Source of the DNA: Dehalococcoidales bacterium
GTDB lineage: Bacteria > Chloroflexota > Dehalococcoidia > Dehalococcoidales > UBA5627
Assembly: GCA_034429935.1 (NCBI GenBank)
Contig: DAOUFJ010000023.1
Coordinates: 9,517-73,516 of the forward strand
Direction of reading: 5' to 3'
DNA length: 64,000 nucleotides
Made by a program: the position numbers and the translations under genes. Numbering within the stretch: the stretch's first letter is position 1; the number at the start of each line of letters is the position of its first letter. Below are positions 51,392 to 61,284 of this stretch, one piece after another. Below the pieces are notes generated by a model, which had not been told where the DNA came from, did not search any database, and saw nothing but the letters and a program-made list of their open reading frames with translations.

Positions 51392-52141
51392 ATGTATCAA
51401 CCGAGGAATTATCGCAACTGGATTCAGGGACATGACCTGTTTTCCTGTAATGTGACGGTGAAAGAGACGGATTTATATATCCGTACATCATCCGACCTCC
51501 GGGATAAAGCTTACAAATCGGTATGTAAATACAGGGAGCAGATTGAAAGGTACATCGAATCTCATCCACGGTTTGCCACATCGTTTGAACCTGTAGCGGT
51601 AACCGGAGACAGCCCCGGTATTGTCAAGGATATGGCGCAATCTGCCGAAAAATTCGGTGTAGGGCCGATGGCGGCGGTTGCGGGTGCTGTTGCACAATTC
51701 GTCGGAAAAGACCTGCTGGAATACTCGGCGGAGGTTATAATAGAAAACGGCGGAGATATTTTTATCAGCAGTAAAAAACACAGAACCGTTGCCATATATG
51801 CCGGCAGCTCCCCGCTGAGCGGGAAATACGGTGTAGAGATACATGCTGGGGATACTCCTCTTGGGGTATGCACTTCCTCCGGTACCGTCGGACACTCTTT
51901 CAGCTTCGGGAAAGCGGATGCAGCGGTAATAGTTGCTGATTCCGCTTCGCTGGCCGATGCCGCAGCCACGGCAATATGCAATATGGTAAGTACTCATAAC
52001 GATATAAACAAAGCAATCGAATATGCCAGAAGCGGTAAACTGCTAAGAGGCGTTATAATAATAAAGGATGAAAGCATGGGGGTCTGGGGGAATATAAAGC
52101 TTTGCGAGATTCCTCAAAAAGAGGGTGGGGATTTTGAATAA
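51392..52141 (+). CDS. UPF0280/ApbE-like protein (MA1715-like, sulfide assimilation)
   Basis: YQPRNYR, VKETDL, GPMAAVAGA, VIIENGGDI, CTSSGTVGHSFSFGKAD, LADAAAT. Confidence 0.9.
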   Translation: MYQPRNYRNWIQGHDLFSCNVTVKETDLYIRTSSDLRDKAYKSVCKYREQIERYIESHPRFATSFEPVAVTGDSPGIVKDMAQSAEKFGVGPMAAVAGAVAQFVGKDLLEYSAEVIIENGGDIFISSKKHRTVAIYAGSSPLSGKYGVEIHAGDTPLGVCTSSGTVGHSFSFGKADAAVIVADSASLADAAATAICNMVSTHNDINKAIEYARSGKLLRGVIIIKDESMGVWGNIKLCEIPQKEGGDFE

Positions 52142-52778
52142 AAAGATACGAATAGTACCATCCGTATTAACGGATAATGCCGAATCATTAAAGGAAATGC
52201 TGCGTAATTCCGAAGCCTTTACGGATTTTGTTCAAATAGATATCATGGACGGTGTCTTTGTTCCGTCAACCAGTATCACATCGAAAGATATTTCAAAGTC
52301 AAAACCGGTATTGAAATGGGAAGCCCACCTGATGGTAAATAACCCGGAAAACTATGTCGATGAGTTTGTTAAGGCCGGAGCGCAGCAAATCATATTCCAC
52401 TATGAAGCGTCAGAATCTCATAAATCGGTAATCGATTTAATCCACCGTTCGGGATTGAAAGCAGGGATAGCCGTTAATCCGGATACGCATATATCGGCGC
52501 TCGAACCTTTGATAAGTACGATTGACAGCGTATTGTTTATGTCTGTCATTCCCGGTTTTTACGGGAGCAAGTTCATCCCCGGTGTGCTGGACAAAATTGT
52601 TGAATTCCATAAGAAATATCCCCTGGTACAAACCGGAATAGACGGCGGTATAAAAGAGAATAACATCGCTGACGTTGCCGGAACGGGGGTCAGTTCGATA
52701 TGCGTCGGAAGCGCAATATTCTGTCAGCAGAATCCGGCGCAAAGCTACCGGCGGCTGGAAAAAATCTGCAACGAGTGA
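52134..52778 (+). CDS. rpe: Ribulose-phosphate 3-epimerase
   Basis: PSVL, QIDIMDGVFVP, EAHLMV, FMSVIPGFYG, IDGG. The start is TTG 52134 or GTG 52125. Confidence 0.92.
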   Translation: MNKKIRIVPSVLTDNAESLKEMLRNSEAFTDFVQIDIMDGVFVPSTSITSKDISKSKPVLKWEAHLMVNNPENYVDEFVKAGAQQIIFHYEASESHKSVIDLIHRSGLKAGIAVNPDTHISALEPLISTIDSVLFMSVIPGFYGSKFIPGVLDKIVEFHKKYPLVQTGIDGGIKENNIADVAGTGVSSICVGSAIFCQQNPAQSYRRLEKICNE

Positions 52779-52788
52779 TGCTTCTATA

Positions 52789-54792
52789 TCAGCATTTCTT
52801 AAGAAGTCTGAGAGCTTCCGATATTATTCTATCGGCAGTCAATCCGAACTTTTGATATAAAACATTGAAAGGGGCTGATGCTCCGAATCTGTCGATTCCG
52901 ATTGCGATGCCCTCTGTTCCCACATAACGTTCCCAGCCGAATGTAGTCCCCGCCTCAATTGAAATCCTGGCCTTTACACCGGAAGGGAGCACCGTTTCCC
53001 TGTATTCTTCTGGTTGAGCCTCGAATAGCTCCCATGAGGGCAGTGAGACAACACGGACGGTAATACCTTGTTCGCTCAAAAGCCGTCCTGCTTCCAGTGC
53101 GATATGAACCTCGGAGCCTGTTCCAATCAGTATTACTTCGGGAGTATCCGATGATTGCCATAAAATATATCCGCCGTATTTTACGCCGCCGGCAGGGGTA
53201 GTCGTTTGCCTGTTTAACACCGGTAATTTCTGGCGTGTAAAGACCAGAACGGTGGGATTATGCCGGCTGTTGACGGCTATCCTCCATGCTTCCGCCGTCT
53301 CGGTAGCATCGGCAGGTCTTATCGTAACCAGCCCCGGAACCGACCTCAAGCCCGCCAGTTGTTCTATCGGCTGATGCGTCGGGCCGTCCTCTCCCACTCC
53401 TATGGAATCGTGCGAAAATATATATATGACTCCCTGTTTCATAAACGCGGAGAGTCTTACCGAAGAACGCATATAATCGTAGAATACGAGGAATGTAGAA
53501 ACAAACGGGATTAATCCGCCGTGCAGTGTCATTCCGTTGGCAATGGCACCCATAGCGTGTTCCCGTATCCCGAAATGGAAATTACGTCCGGTATAACAAT
53601 CGGAGCTAAAGGATTCCGCATTTTTTATAGTGGTCTTTGTCGAAGGGGACAGGTCGGCTGAACCACCCACCAGCGAATGAATTCTCGGGGCAATCAGGTT
53701 GATAACCTGTGCCGAAGCTTCACGGGTTGCCAGCGTTTTGCTGCTATCCGAAAACAAGGTATCAAGCCCTTCGTCCCAGTGTTTCGGGAGCGTGCTGTTT
53801 AAATCCTGAATCAATTGTCTATAATCATCCGGGTAGGCTTTTTTATAATCATCGAATATATTTTGCCATCCGCTCTGTTCGGACTTTCCCCGTTCTATGG
53901 CTTTGCGGAAATGAGATAAGGCTTCTTCCGGTATTTTAAACGGCTCCGGGTAGGGCCAGTTCAATCTGGTTCTGGCAAGTGCCACCTCGTCTGTTCCCAG
54001 TGGTTCTCCATGTGCGGAACACTTGCCTTCCTTGTTGGGGCTGCCGCAGCCTATAATTGTATTGCAGATTATAAGGCTGGGGAATCGGGTTTCGGACTGT
54101 GCCTCTTTTATGGCGTTATAGATGGCATTAGTGTCGTTGCCGTCGACAGGGCCTATAACCTGCCATCCGTAAGCCTTGAATCTGAGCGCAACATCCTCTT
54201 TAAATGTAATATCTGTAGAGCCTTCGATTGAAATATCGTTATCATCATACAAATAAATGACCTTCCCTAATTGCAGGGTACCGGCCAGCGATGCCGCCTC
54301 CGATGTTATTCCTTCCATCATATCCCCGTCTGAAACTATGGCATAGGTGTAATGGTCTATAATATTATAACCGGGGCGATTGTAATTTTCGGATAGCCAT
54401 CTTTCAGCAATAGCCATTCCGATGCCGTTGGAGAATCCCTGCCCCAGCGGGCCGGTTGTCGATTCGACTCCCGGAGTCAAACCGTATTCCGGGTGCCCCG
54501 GGGTTTTGCTGCCCCATTGCCTGAAATTTTTCAGTTCATCGAGTGTCAGGTCATAACCCGTAAGATGTAACAAAGAGTACAATAAAGTGGAAGCATGCCC
54601 TGGCGAGAGAATAAATCTGTCGCGGTCAATCCATCCGGGGTCTTGCGGATTATGTTTCAGAAATCTGTCCCACAAAACATAGGCCATAGCGGCCATTCCC
54701 ATAGGTGCTCCGGGATGGCCTGAATTGGCTTTCTGTACAGCATCCATGGAAAGTATGCGGATAGTATTGATACATAATTCGTCAATGGCCAT
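52789..54792 (-). CDS. tkt: Transketolase
   Basis: [50 protein letters not shown]. Confidence 0.97.
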   Translation of the reverse strand: MAIDELCINTIRILSMDAVQKANSGHPGAPMGMAAMAYVLWDRFLKHNPQDPGWIDRDRFILSPGHASTLLYSLLHLTGYDLTLDELKNFRQWGSKTPGHPEYGLTPGVESTTGPLGQGFSNGIGMAIAERWLSENYNRPGYNIIDHYTYAIVSDGDMMEGITSEAASLAGTLQLGKVIYLYDDNDISIEGSTDITFKEDVALRFKAYGWQVIGPVDGNDTNAIYNAIKEAQSETRFPSLIICNTIIGCGSPNKEGKCSAHGEPLGTDEVALARTRLNWPYPEPFKIPEEALSHFRKAIERGKSEQSGWQNIFDDYKKAYPDDYRQLIQDLNSTLPKHWDEGLDTLFSDSSKTLATREASAQVINLIAPRIHSLVGGSADLSPSTKTTIKNAESFSSDCYTGRNFHFGIREHAMGAIANGMTLHGGLIPFVSTFLVFYDYMRSSVRLSAFMKQGVIYIFSHDSIGVGEDGPTHQPIEQLAGLRSVPGLVTIRPADATETAEAWRIAVNSRHNPTVLVFTRQKLPVLNRQTTTPAGGVKYGGYILWQSSDTPEVILIGTGSEVHIALEAGRLLSEQGITVRVVSLPSWELFEAQPEEYRETVLPSGVKARISIEAGTTFGWERYVGTEGIAIGIDRFGASAPFNVLYQKFGLTADRIISEALRLLKKC

Positions 54793-54906
54793 TTTCACTT
54801 CCTGAAATCGTGCAAGATTTATTTGAAATTCGTTTTATAATTCTATAATAACGAAAGGTTTACTTTCAAACTATTTTAATTAATCTTGGTTGCTTCTGCT
54901 TTTAGC

Positions 54907-54991
54907 CCCTTCGACAGGCTCAGGGCGAACGGAAGAGAAAAATCGCCGCTCGTGGTGAGTCCCGACCTGTCGGGATCGAATCCATAGCGGC
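54907..54991. repeat. Inverted pair of REP-like elements, one carrying a palindromic insert
   Basis: CCCTTCGACAGGCTCAGGGCGAACGG (54907-54932, minus orientation) and GCCGCTCGTGGTGAG-TCCCGACCTGTCGGGA-TCGAATCCATAGCGGC (54945-54991). Confidence 0.7.
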
Positions 54992-55065
54992 ATCGAATTG
55001 TTATCCATAACAACCATGATTGATAAGAACCTTTCAAACAACGGAATCTGTGGGCAGATATTATG

Positions 55066-57630
55066 TCAATCTGCGCCCTTTTTGTCTTTTATATTTCCGC
55101 TATCCTTATTATATTCATCCGGCTTGACGTCATTCTTCTGGATGACTTTAACAAAGGCATCCACAATATCAGGGTCGAATTGTGTTCCGGAACATCTCTT
55201 AAGCTCATCGAGTGCTTCCTGAAGAGAAAGCTGTTTACGATAAGGTCTGGGAGATACCATAGCATCGTAAGCATCGGCAACAGATAGTATCCTTGCTTCA
55301 ATGGGAATCTTCTCCCCTGTCAATCCTGCCGGATATCCCGCTCCGTCGAAACGTTCGTGATGGTGTAATATACCCGGAATGCAGCTTGTGAGATCGATGA
55401 CATGTTTTAAAATCTCTTCTCCCATTTTAGGATGTGTCTTGATAAGCTCGTTTTCATCACTGCTCAGGGAAGAGTTTTTATTCAAGATAGAATCAGGTAC
55501 TCCGATTTTGCCTATATCGTGGAGTAATCCGGCTGATCGAATACTGTTTATCTTTTCCAGGGGTAACTTCATGGATTCGGCAATTGCAATTGCATATTCA
55601 CTGACCTTCCTTGAGTGCCCGTAGGTGTAACTATCCTTGGCATCGACGGTTGCTGCAAGAGCATAGATTATGCTCAATGCTTTCGGGTTGGACACAAGTT
55701 CTGCCGAGAGCAGCGGCGCATTATTCTTTTTTATGTCGGACGACATGCAGGTGCGGTTTCTTCCCATTTGTTTTGCCCTGTATAGAGCTTCATCTGCCCG
55801 TCCGATGATCTCCTCTTTCATAACCCCGTCGTTCGGCCAGTTGGCGATTCCGAGGCTGACGGTAATCGGCATCGCTTTTAAGCTTGTCTTGGCTTCGATG
55901 GTCTTTCTGATGCGTTCTGCAACTTTATAGGCATCCTCAATACGTGCTTCGGGTAAAATAACGGCAAATTCCTCGCCGCCATACCGGAAAGCCAAATCTA
56001 TGCCGCGTATCGAGCTTTCAATATATTCTCCGACTTTTCGAAGCACCTGGTCTCCTGCCAGATGCCCGTAGATATCGTTATAAGACTTAAACAGGTCTAC
56101 ATCCATCATAATAAGGGAAAAAGTTCCGCCAAAGCGCGAATCCCTGGTAATTTCCTGGTCCAGGCGTTCGTGAAAGTGGCGGTGGTTATACAGCCCGGTT
56201 AATTCATCGGTATTGGCTCTTATTCTGGCCTGTGTATAAAGCTGTGCATTTTCTATAATGACACCGGCCTGATTGGTAATATTGGAAATAAGCTCCAGGT
56301 CCTCATGAGAGAGAATCGACTTGTTTTTCTTTTTCCCCAGAGCCAGAATCCCGATTAATTTATCACGGCTCTTGAACGGGAAGAAAAGACCTATATTGGA
56401 ATTCAGGATTTTCTCTTTTTCAGACTGCCACAATCCCCTGAACTCCGGTACGGTATCCATCTGCTCCGGGTTAAGTGGAGTGCTCTTCTTATCCATCCAT
56501 GTGATGATGGAACTATCAGGATCGAACGATATTCTTTTTAATGCCCCTTCCTGCGCGGGTTCTTTATCATCGGGATAAATATATTGTGTTTCAAAATTAC
56601 CCGTTTTGTTATCCTGAAGAATCAGACTTGCTCCGACAACGTTAAGGGCTTTTGAAGTTACGGGTAATATTTCTTTCGCCAGTTCGTCAAGATTGAGAAT
56701 ATGGCTCATTTTTTTACTAAAATTGAGAAGTTCCCGGCGGTAATCATATGTTTTTCTGTAAAACAGGTAATCTATGCTTTTGCTGACAAAATTAATCAGA
56801 GGGGATGCCAGTAATATGATACAGGTATATATAAGTGACAGGACTATGATAATGACAAACAAGGGTAATGTCGTAAAAAGTGTCGGATATGTTAAAACTA
56901 AAGCTGTCGTCAACCCAAAAAGTACGGCAATGACGATGATATACGTCAACAGTTTCCTGAAAATCATTTGTATATTAAGCAAATCAAACTTGAATATGGT
57001 ATAGGCGATTATCATGGCATTTATCAGGTTGCCGAGATGGTCAATCGGCAGTGTCTTTAATAAAGGAGTAAACGGTGTAACATAGCTTATAATCACCAGC
57101 AGACTCCATCCGACAATGAGGTACATCGTCCTGTTGCGGTCTACCGGGTCTACCGAATTCTTGTATCTTTTGTATAGCATTAATATTGTCATCGAAAGAA
57201 ACGGCACCAGTATGGCAGCTATAATGTAATCCCATGGAGCAATATCATGGTAAAGCAGGTTGTCTATAAAGTACGCATCCTTTACAACATAACCCATCAG
57301 GGAGAAAATCAAAAGAACCAGTACGATGCCGTAACCGATCAAGACGCCGATACCGGTCGGCTTATTGTTATATGCCCGTATAAAATGATAATAGGTGACT
57401 ACTACCAGCGGGATTGCCGTAATAACCAGTCCGTTCCAGAACGTAAGATATCCCGTTGAAGCGGAAGGATTGTGCAAAAGCATTACTGCTGTGAAGCTCC
57501 ATATCATAGAAGCAAAAAGGAACAGGGCAAATATTCTTTCGATGCGCTTCTTTATTTGAGGGAGTACAGATAGGAAGAGGGTTATGAAACAAATACAGCT
57601 AACAAGCGGTATGACAGCCCATAAATTCAC
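55066..57630 (-). CDS. Membrane c-di-GMP enzyme: multi-TM sensor (HisKA_7TM-like)-GAF-GGDEF-HD-GYP
   Basis: GTG start; about 9 hydrophobic helices; GAF-like segment; TDELTGLYN, DVDLFKSYND.YGH..GD, RGID (RxxD), RYGGEEF; HDIGK, HHERFDGAGYP, ADAYDAM. Confidence 0.93.
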   Translation of the reverse strand: MNLWAVIPLVSCICFITLFLSVLPQIKKRIERIFALFLFASMIWSFTAVMLLHNPSASTGYLTFWNGLVITAIPLVVVTYYHFIRAYNNKPTGIGVLIGYGIVLVLLIFSLMGYVVKDAYFIDNLLYHDIAPWDYIIAAILVPFLSMTILMLYKRYKNSVDPVDRNRTMYLIVGWSLLVIISYVTPFTPLLKTLPIDHLGNLINAMIIAYTIFKFDLLNIQMIFRKLLTYIIVIAVLFGLTTALVLTYPTLFTTLPLFVIIIVLSLIYTCIILLASPLINFVSKSIDYLFYRKTYDYRRELLNFSKKMSHILNLDELAKEILPVTSKALNVVGASLILQDNKTGNFETQYIYPDDKEPAQEGALKRISFDPDSSIITWMDKKSTPLNPEQMDTVPEFRGLWQSEKEKILNSNIGLFFPFKSRDKLIGILALGKKKNKSILSHEDLELISNITNQAGVIIENAQLYTQARIRANTDELTGLYNHRHFHERLDQEITRDSRFGGTFSLIMMDVDLFKSYNDIYGHLAGDQVLRKVGEYIESSIRGIDLAFRYGGEEFAVILPEARIEDAYKVAERIRKTIEAKTSLKAMPITVSLGIANWPNDGVMKEEIIGRADEALYRAKQMGRNRTCMSSDIKKNNAPLLSAELVSNPKALSIIYALAATVDAKDSYTYGHSRKVSEYAIAIAESMKLPLEKINSIRSAGLLHDIGKIGVPDSILNKNSSLSSDENELIKTHPKMGEEILKHVIDLTSCIPGILHHHERFDGAGYPAGLTGEKIPIEARILSVADAYDAMVSPRPYRKQLSLQEALDELKRCSGTQFDPDIVDAFVKVIQKNDVKPDEYNKDSGNIKDKKGAD

Positions 57631-57729
57631 TGCATAAATATCCTTTTATCAATAAATAAATTGAAATCTGCAAAACAGACCTTATAACAGATTAATTATG
57701 GCTATCGAAATTTGCTTTGTCAATAGAAG

Positions 57730-57764
57730 AGCGGCGGGAGGCTTTCTCCATCCCGCTGCTTTTG
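57730..57764. terminator. GC-rich hairpin between the ThiF-like gene and the c-di-GMP gene
   Basis: AGCGGCGGGA...TCCCGCTGCT imperfect stem. The T-run follows on the plus strand, so it is weak for the minus-strand transcript. Confidence 0.45.
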
Positions 57765-57784
57765 TAAAAATTGACGTAAATAAG

Positions 57785-58591
57785 CTAAATTACCGAACCA
57801 ACGACCAATTCGCGGTCAACCAGGTCGAAATAGGTATAATTTGGCGCTTTCGGCATATCCCTGCCGATAATTATATTTATAGCTTCGCTGGCAGCCTGAA
57901 TAGCCGATAACCCCGCTCCGATACATGTAGACGGGATAACGGATGTCTTCCCTTTTATAATATCATCTATTATACTTTTATCCCGGATGTATTTTGGTAT
58001 TACCGGAACGATTCTTTCCAGCGGCACCATCAAATTTTGAGGTTCGTCGACATCCACATCGACAGGCAGATTGTTATACTCTTCCAGCGTAATCCCGTCG
58101 GGGGCAAAAACCACTGTGATGGCACCGAATCCTATTGCTGTGGAAAAAAGGTAATGGATGCCCTTTTTCCTGGCTTCCCTCTGTAAAAGGATGGATTCCC
58201 TGAACAAACCGAAGTCCATTACGTCCATTATTACATCGCATCCGTCGATTAATGATTCTACATCGTATTGCGATTTAATCCCTGTCCTGGTATAAACAAT
58301 ATCTGCCTGGGGATTGATATCCTTAATCTGTTCATATATTACCTCGGCCTTGTTTTTTCCTAAGTTATTCATGGTGGAGCCGAACTGCCTGTTGAGATTA
58401 CTGGCTTCCAGGTCGCCGGGGTCGTTAATCTTCAGGTTACCCACACCCAACCTCAACAACCTCTCCGCAGCCAGCCCGCCTACGCCCCCTAAACCGGCAA
58501 TACCTATTCTGGAATTAAATATCATTTCCTGTTCGGATTCTGTAAAAAGCCCTATATTCCTGCTTGTTATTTCCCTGTATTGAGTGTTCAT
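57785..58591 (-). CDS. ThiF/MoeB/HesA-family adenylyltransferase
   Basis: SRNIG, GLGGVGG nucleotide loop, DPGDLEASNLNRQ, KNKAE; no Zn-binding CxxC pairs. Confidence 0.88.
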   Translation of the reverse strand: MNTQYREITSRNIGLFTESEQEMIFNSRIGIAGLGGVGGLAAERLLRLGVGNLKINDPGDLEASNLNRQFGSTMNNLGKNKAEVIYEQIKDINPQADIVYTRTGIKSQYDVESLIDGCDVIMDVMDFGLFRESILLQREARKKGIHYLFSTAIGFGAITVVFAPDGITLEEYNNLPVDVDVDEPQNLMVPLERIVPVIPKYIRDKSIIDDIIKGKTSVIPSTCIGAGLSAIQAASEAINIIIGRDMPKAPNYTYFDLVDRELVVGSVI

Positions 58592-58634
58592 AATTCAAAC
58601 TCCAGATGATGATTTTTCGTTATTTCGTTTTATC

Positions 58635-60278
58635 TTACGCCTCTACCTTTTCTCTGGTTGCCGTTCCCTGCTTTCTTGCTAATCTGATATCCGGTTTAAG
58701 CAGGAATTTTAATGTATCTTTCGAAGGATTGATATGCCTCGGACTAAGGTTATCCAGACCGGCACCCATTGATTGCTGTCTTTCCTTATAAGCCTTGAAA
58801 GCATTTTCAGGCAACAGGGTAATCTTGAGCGGCATCAAGCCCGTAAATGATTCCAGTTCGGAATACGGCTTATCCAGTTTTTTCAACTCATCGTGTATCA
58901 GGCTTACGATTTTTTTCTCATCCATATTGTTACCGGTTTCCGGCTCGATGTAAAGGTGGAGCGCCGGTTTGCCGTTGACCTCCTTGCAGGCAACCCAGTC
59001 ATAATAACCGATTCCTGAATTTTCTATCGATTTCCAGATTACTTTTTCGGACAATCTGGTGAACCCTGCGATATCAATCTGGTCGTCGATGCGGGTCAGG
59101 AACTTCATCTGGGGGATATCTATATTCAGTTTTTCGTTTCTGTTTGCTGTAATCTTTATCAAATGTCCCAGCCTGTAGCGTATGAAAGGACCGCCGTGCA
59201 GGCTGCTTATTACCAGTTCATAGTTGCCTGGTTTTACTTCGTCCATAAGAACTGTTTTAGGCTGATACGCCGGATTTTCAATCGATTTATTTACTTCATC
59301 CTCTGGAATGAATTCAAAGAAATTAAGATTGGGGATGAAAGTCAATCCTTCGTAGTCCCATGTTTGCATTGCAATAAATATCGCCTCGGTGCAGCCATGA
59401 AATTCCAGGGGATATCTGCCCCACATTTCCTTGATTTTTTCGCGATATACAGAACTGTCTATTCCAAAAGCAACCAGTCCCTTCAATTTCCAGATGTCTT
59501 TCGGCAACATCCGGCGTCCGGCCAGCTTGCTTCTGACGATGCCTTTCAGCAATCTTAACAATGTCTTCGGTTTTTTGACCAGCGATTTGATGTCGGTTTT
59601 GTGATTTCCTTTCCTGCTGAAACGCTCTCCTATAGCTACGGCTACACTCGACATTGCAATGCACATATCGAGCCCTTTATCCATGGCCAGGTCGAAGCCG
59701 TATTTAACCCTTTCTTCGAAGGATATGTTTTCGGCCTCTATTATCGGAGGCAGAACATCGAATAGTTCATTGGGAAAGGCGCGTGTCATGGTGCCTGTAG
59801 TATAAGGGGGAGGCGCCATCCCGTAAAAAACTTTATCCATGCCCCTTAAATTTATCTCCCCCTTGCTTTTACAGGTGGACAATATCATCATTGCGAATAT
59901 AATTCCCTCGACCTGGTCCAGTTGTCCGGCGGTAACGGGCACCCAGCGATAAGGATATTCCTCGGATTTCCCGGAAGTATATTGCCAGAGAATCGGCTTC
60001 CTGGGCAATACATCGAGGCGGCGTTTCAGCAAATAAGGAGCATAGTCCGCGTAAGTTGTCAGAGGTACAAGAGAGCGAAACTCTTCAACTGTTTCCGGTT
60101 TTACCTCTCCCATGATTGTCCTGCCCAATTCGCACTTGTTCAGCAATTCCATTTGTTCCAGTAATAACCTTTTTTGGATTTGCATAAAGTCTTCGATGCT
60201 TAAATCCAGATAACCGCAGCATCGCTGCCACAATTCGGCATTTTTCCCTTTTCTGAAGAGTTCTGCTTCAATTCCCAT
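58635..60278 (-). CDS. GH3-family adenylate-forming (acyl-amido ligase-like) protein
   Basis: Start moved to ATG 60278; VPLTTYADY, YTSGKS, FHGCTEA, NFFEFIP, YELVIS...FIRYRLGH, the GH3/ANL motif order. Confidence 0.85.
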   Translation of the reverse strand: MGIEAELFRKGKNAELWQRCCGYLDLSIEDFMQIQKRLLLEQMELLNKCELGRTIMGEVKPETVEEFRSLVPLTTYADYAPYLLKRRLDVLPRKPILWQYTSGKSEEYPYRWVPVTAGQLDQVEGIIFAMMILSTCKSKGEINLRGMDKVFYGMAPPPYTTGTMTRAFPNELFDVLPPIIEAENISFEERVKYGFDLAMDKGLDMCIAMSSVAVAIGERFSRKGNHKTDIKSLVKKPKTLLRLLKGIVRSKLAGRRMLPKDIWKLKGLVAFGIDSSVYREKIKEMWGRYPLEFHGCTEAIFIAMQTWDYEGLTFIPNLNFFEFIPEDEVNKSIENPAYQPKTVLMDEVKPGNYELVISSLHGGPFIRYRLGHLIKITANRNEKLNIDIPQMKFLTRIDDQIDIAGFTRLSEKVIWKSIENSGIGYYDWVACKEVNGKPALHLYIEPETGNNMDEKKIVSLIHDELKKLDKPYSELESFTGLMPLKITLLPENAFKAYKERQQSMGAGLDNLSPRHINPSKDTLKFLLKPDIRLARKQGTATREKVEA

Positions 60279-60379
60279 AATAATGAAAACCCCCTTTTTA
60301 ACGCCGGTTGGCACTCCGGAATTTTTTATAAATTGCACTAACTATGCCACGTTATAGCAGCTTTGGGAAGGTTTTCAAT

Positions 60380-60398
60380 ACTAGAACAATGTTCTAGT
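60380..60398. promoter_or_regulatory. Perfect palindrome upstream of the GH3 gene, candidate operator
   Basis: ACTAGAACA-A-TGTTCTAGT (9-1-9), about 100 nt upstream of the GH3 start. Confidence 0.5.
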
Positions 60399-60450
60399 CT
60401 ATCTATTCTAACTTACAAAGCGGAGATGGAATGGCGAAAAAACAGAAAAA

Positions 60451-60479
60451 TAAAAAACCCTCTTCATTCAAAGAGGGTT
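60451..60479 (-). terminator. Intrinsic terminator after the RHH-like gene
   Basis: Minus strand AACCCTCTT-TGAATG-AAGAGGGTT followed by TTTT. Confidence 0.75.
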
Positions 60480-60510
60480 GATATCGATTGTTACGTATGT
60501 CTGTAAATAA

Positions 60511-60945
60511 TCAGGAATGCTTCCACTTAATTTTTACTTCTTTGCCGGTATCTTCCTGTGCTTCGTTTTCAAGCTTATCGAGTGTTTGGGACAGTTCTGA
60601 AAGGTCGTTTACCGCAGATTGTTTGTTAAACTCCAGACCGTACCCGATAAAGAAATCGAGGAAACTCTTCATCAGTTTCTTGGTATCTTCCTGAAAAACT
60701 GCGGCTTCTTCTCTGGTTACAAAATTCTTCTGTTTCGCTTCTACATCCTGCATAAATTGCCTGATTTCTTTGCGGAGTTGTTCGATTTCTGCTCCCGAAG
60801 TATCTTTCAATTCAGCAGGTTTCTCTGTTCCCATCTGGTCCTGAATCAAAAATTCTATGAACTCTGCCTGGGACAGGTCGCCGCGGTTTTCATTTATCTT
60901 GTTAACAATTTCAGATGGCACTATCAGCATTCTCTTATCGGACAT
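60511..60945 (-). CDS. Hypothetical protein with ribbon-helix-helix-like N-terminus and coiled coil
   Basis: GGAGGAGG RBS; RMLIVPSEIVNKINENRGDLSQAEFIEFLI fits the strand-helix-G-helix CopG pattern. Function is inferred. Confidence 0.6.
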   Translation of the reverse strand: MSDKRMLIVPSEIVNKINENRGDLSQAEFIEFLIQDQMGTEKPAELKDTSGAEIEQLRKEIRQFMQDVEAKQKNFVTREEAAVFQEDTKKLMKSFLDFFIGYGLEFNKQSAVNDLSELSQTLDKLENEAQEDTGKEVKIKWKHS

Positions 60946-61008
60946 CACAGCCTCCTCCGGTTATTTCCTCTGCTAAACTCAATTTTATTATAACACATGT
61001 ATATTCTC

Positions 61009-61284
61009 TTATATATTCCCGTCTTCTCTCAGTTCCAGGGTGGTCAGTACCGCATCTATGCTTCGCAGCAGGTTCAATCCCTTGGGGGTAACCCTGTAAG
61101 TGACAGACGGGTTCCCGATCTTGACCTTGTCCACCAGCCCTCTTTCGAGAAGGAAATTGAGGTATTTCTGAAGCTGAAAGTAGCTCATATTGACGCTATA
61201 CATCATCTCGGTTTTGCCTGCTTCGCCGAGCCTGAGCATATCTGCGATTATTTCTATGCTAGACCTTCTCCGGTCTAAATTCAT
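61009..61284 (-). CDS. Small winged helix-turn-helix protein (archaeal-type HTH_45-like)
   Basis: RRRSSIEIIADML...KTEMMYSVNMSY..L.KYL..L...GLV...YRVTPKG. Confidence 0.85.
   Translation of the reverse strand: MNLDRRRSSIEIIADMLRLGEAGKTEMMYSVNMSYFQLQKYLNFLLERGLVDKVKIGNPSVTYRVTPKGLNLLRSIDAVLTTLELREDGNI

Noticed and set aside
60380-60398. LexA (SOS) box upstream of GH3
   Set aside because: The spacing is GAAC-N3-GTTC, not the GAAC-N4-GTTC reported for Gram-positive-type and Dehalococcoides LexA; kept only as a generic operator.
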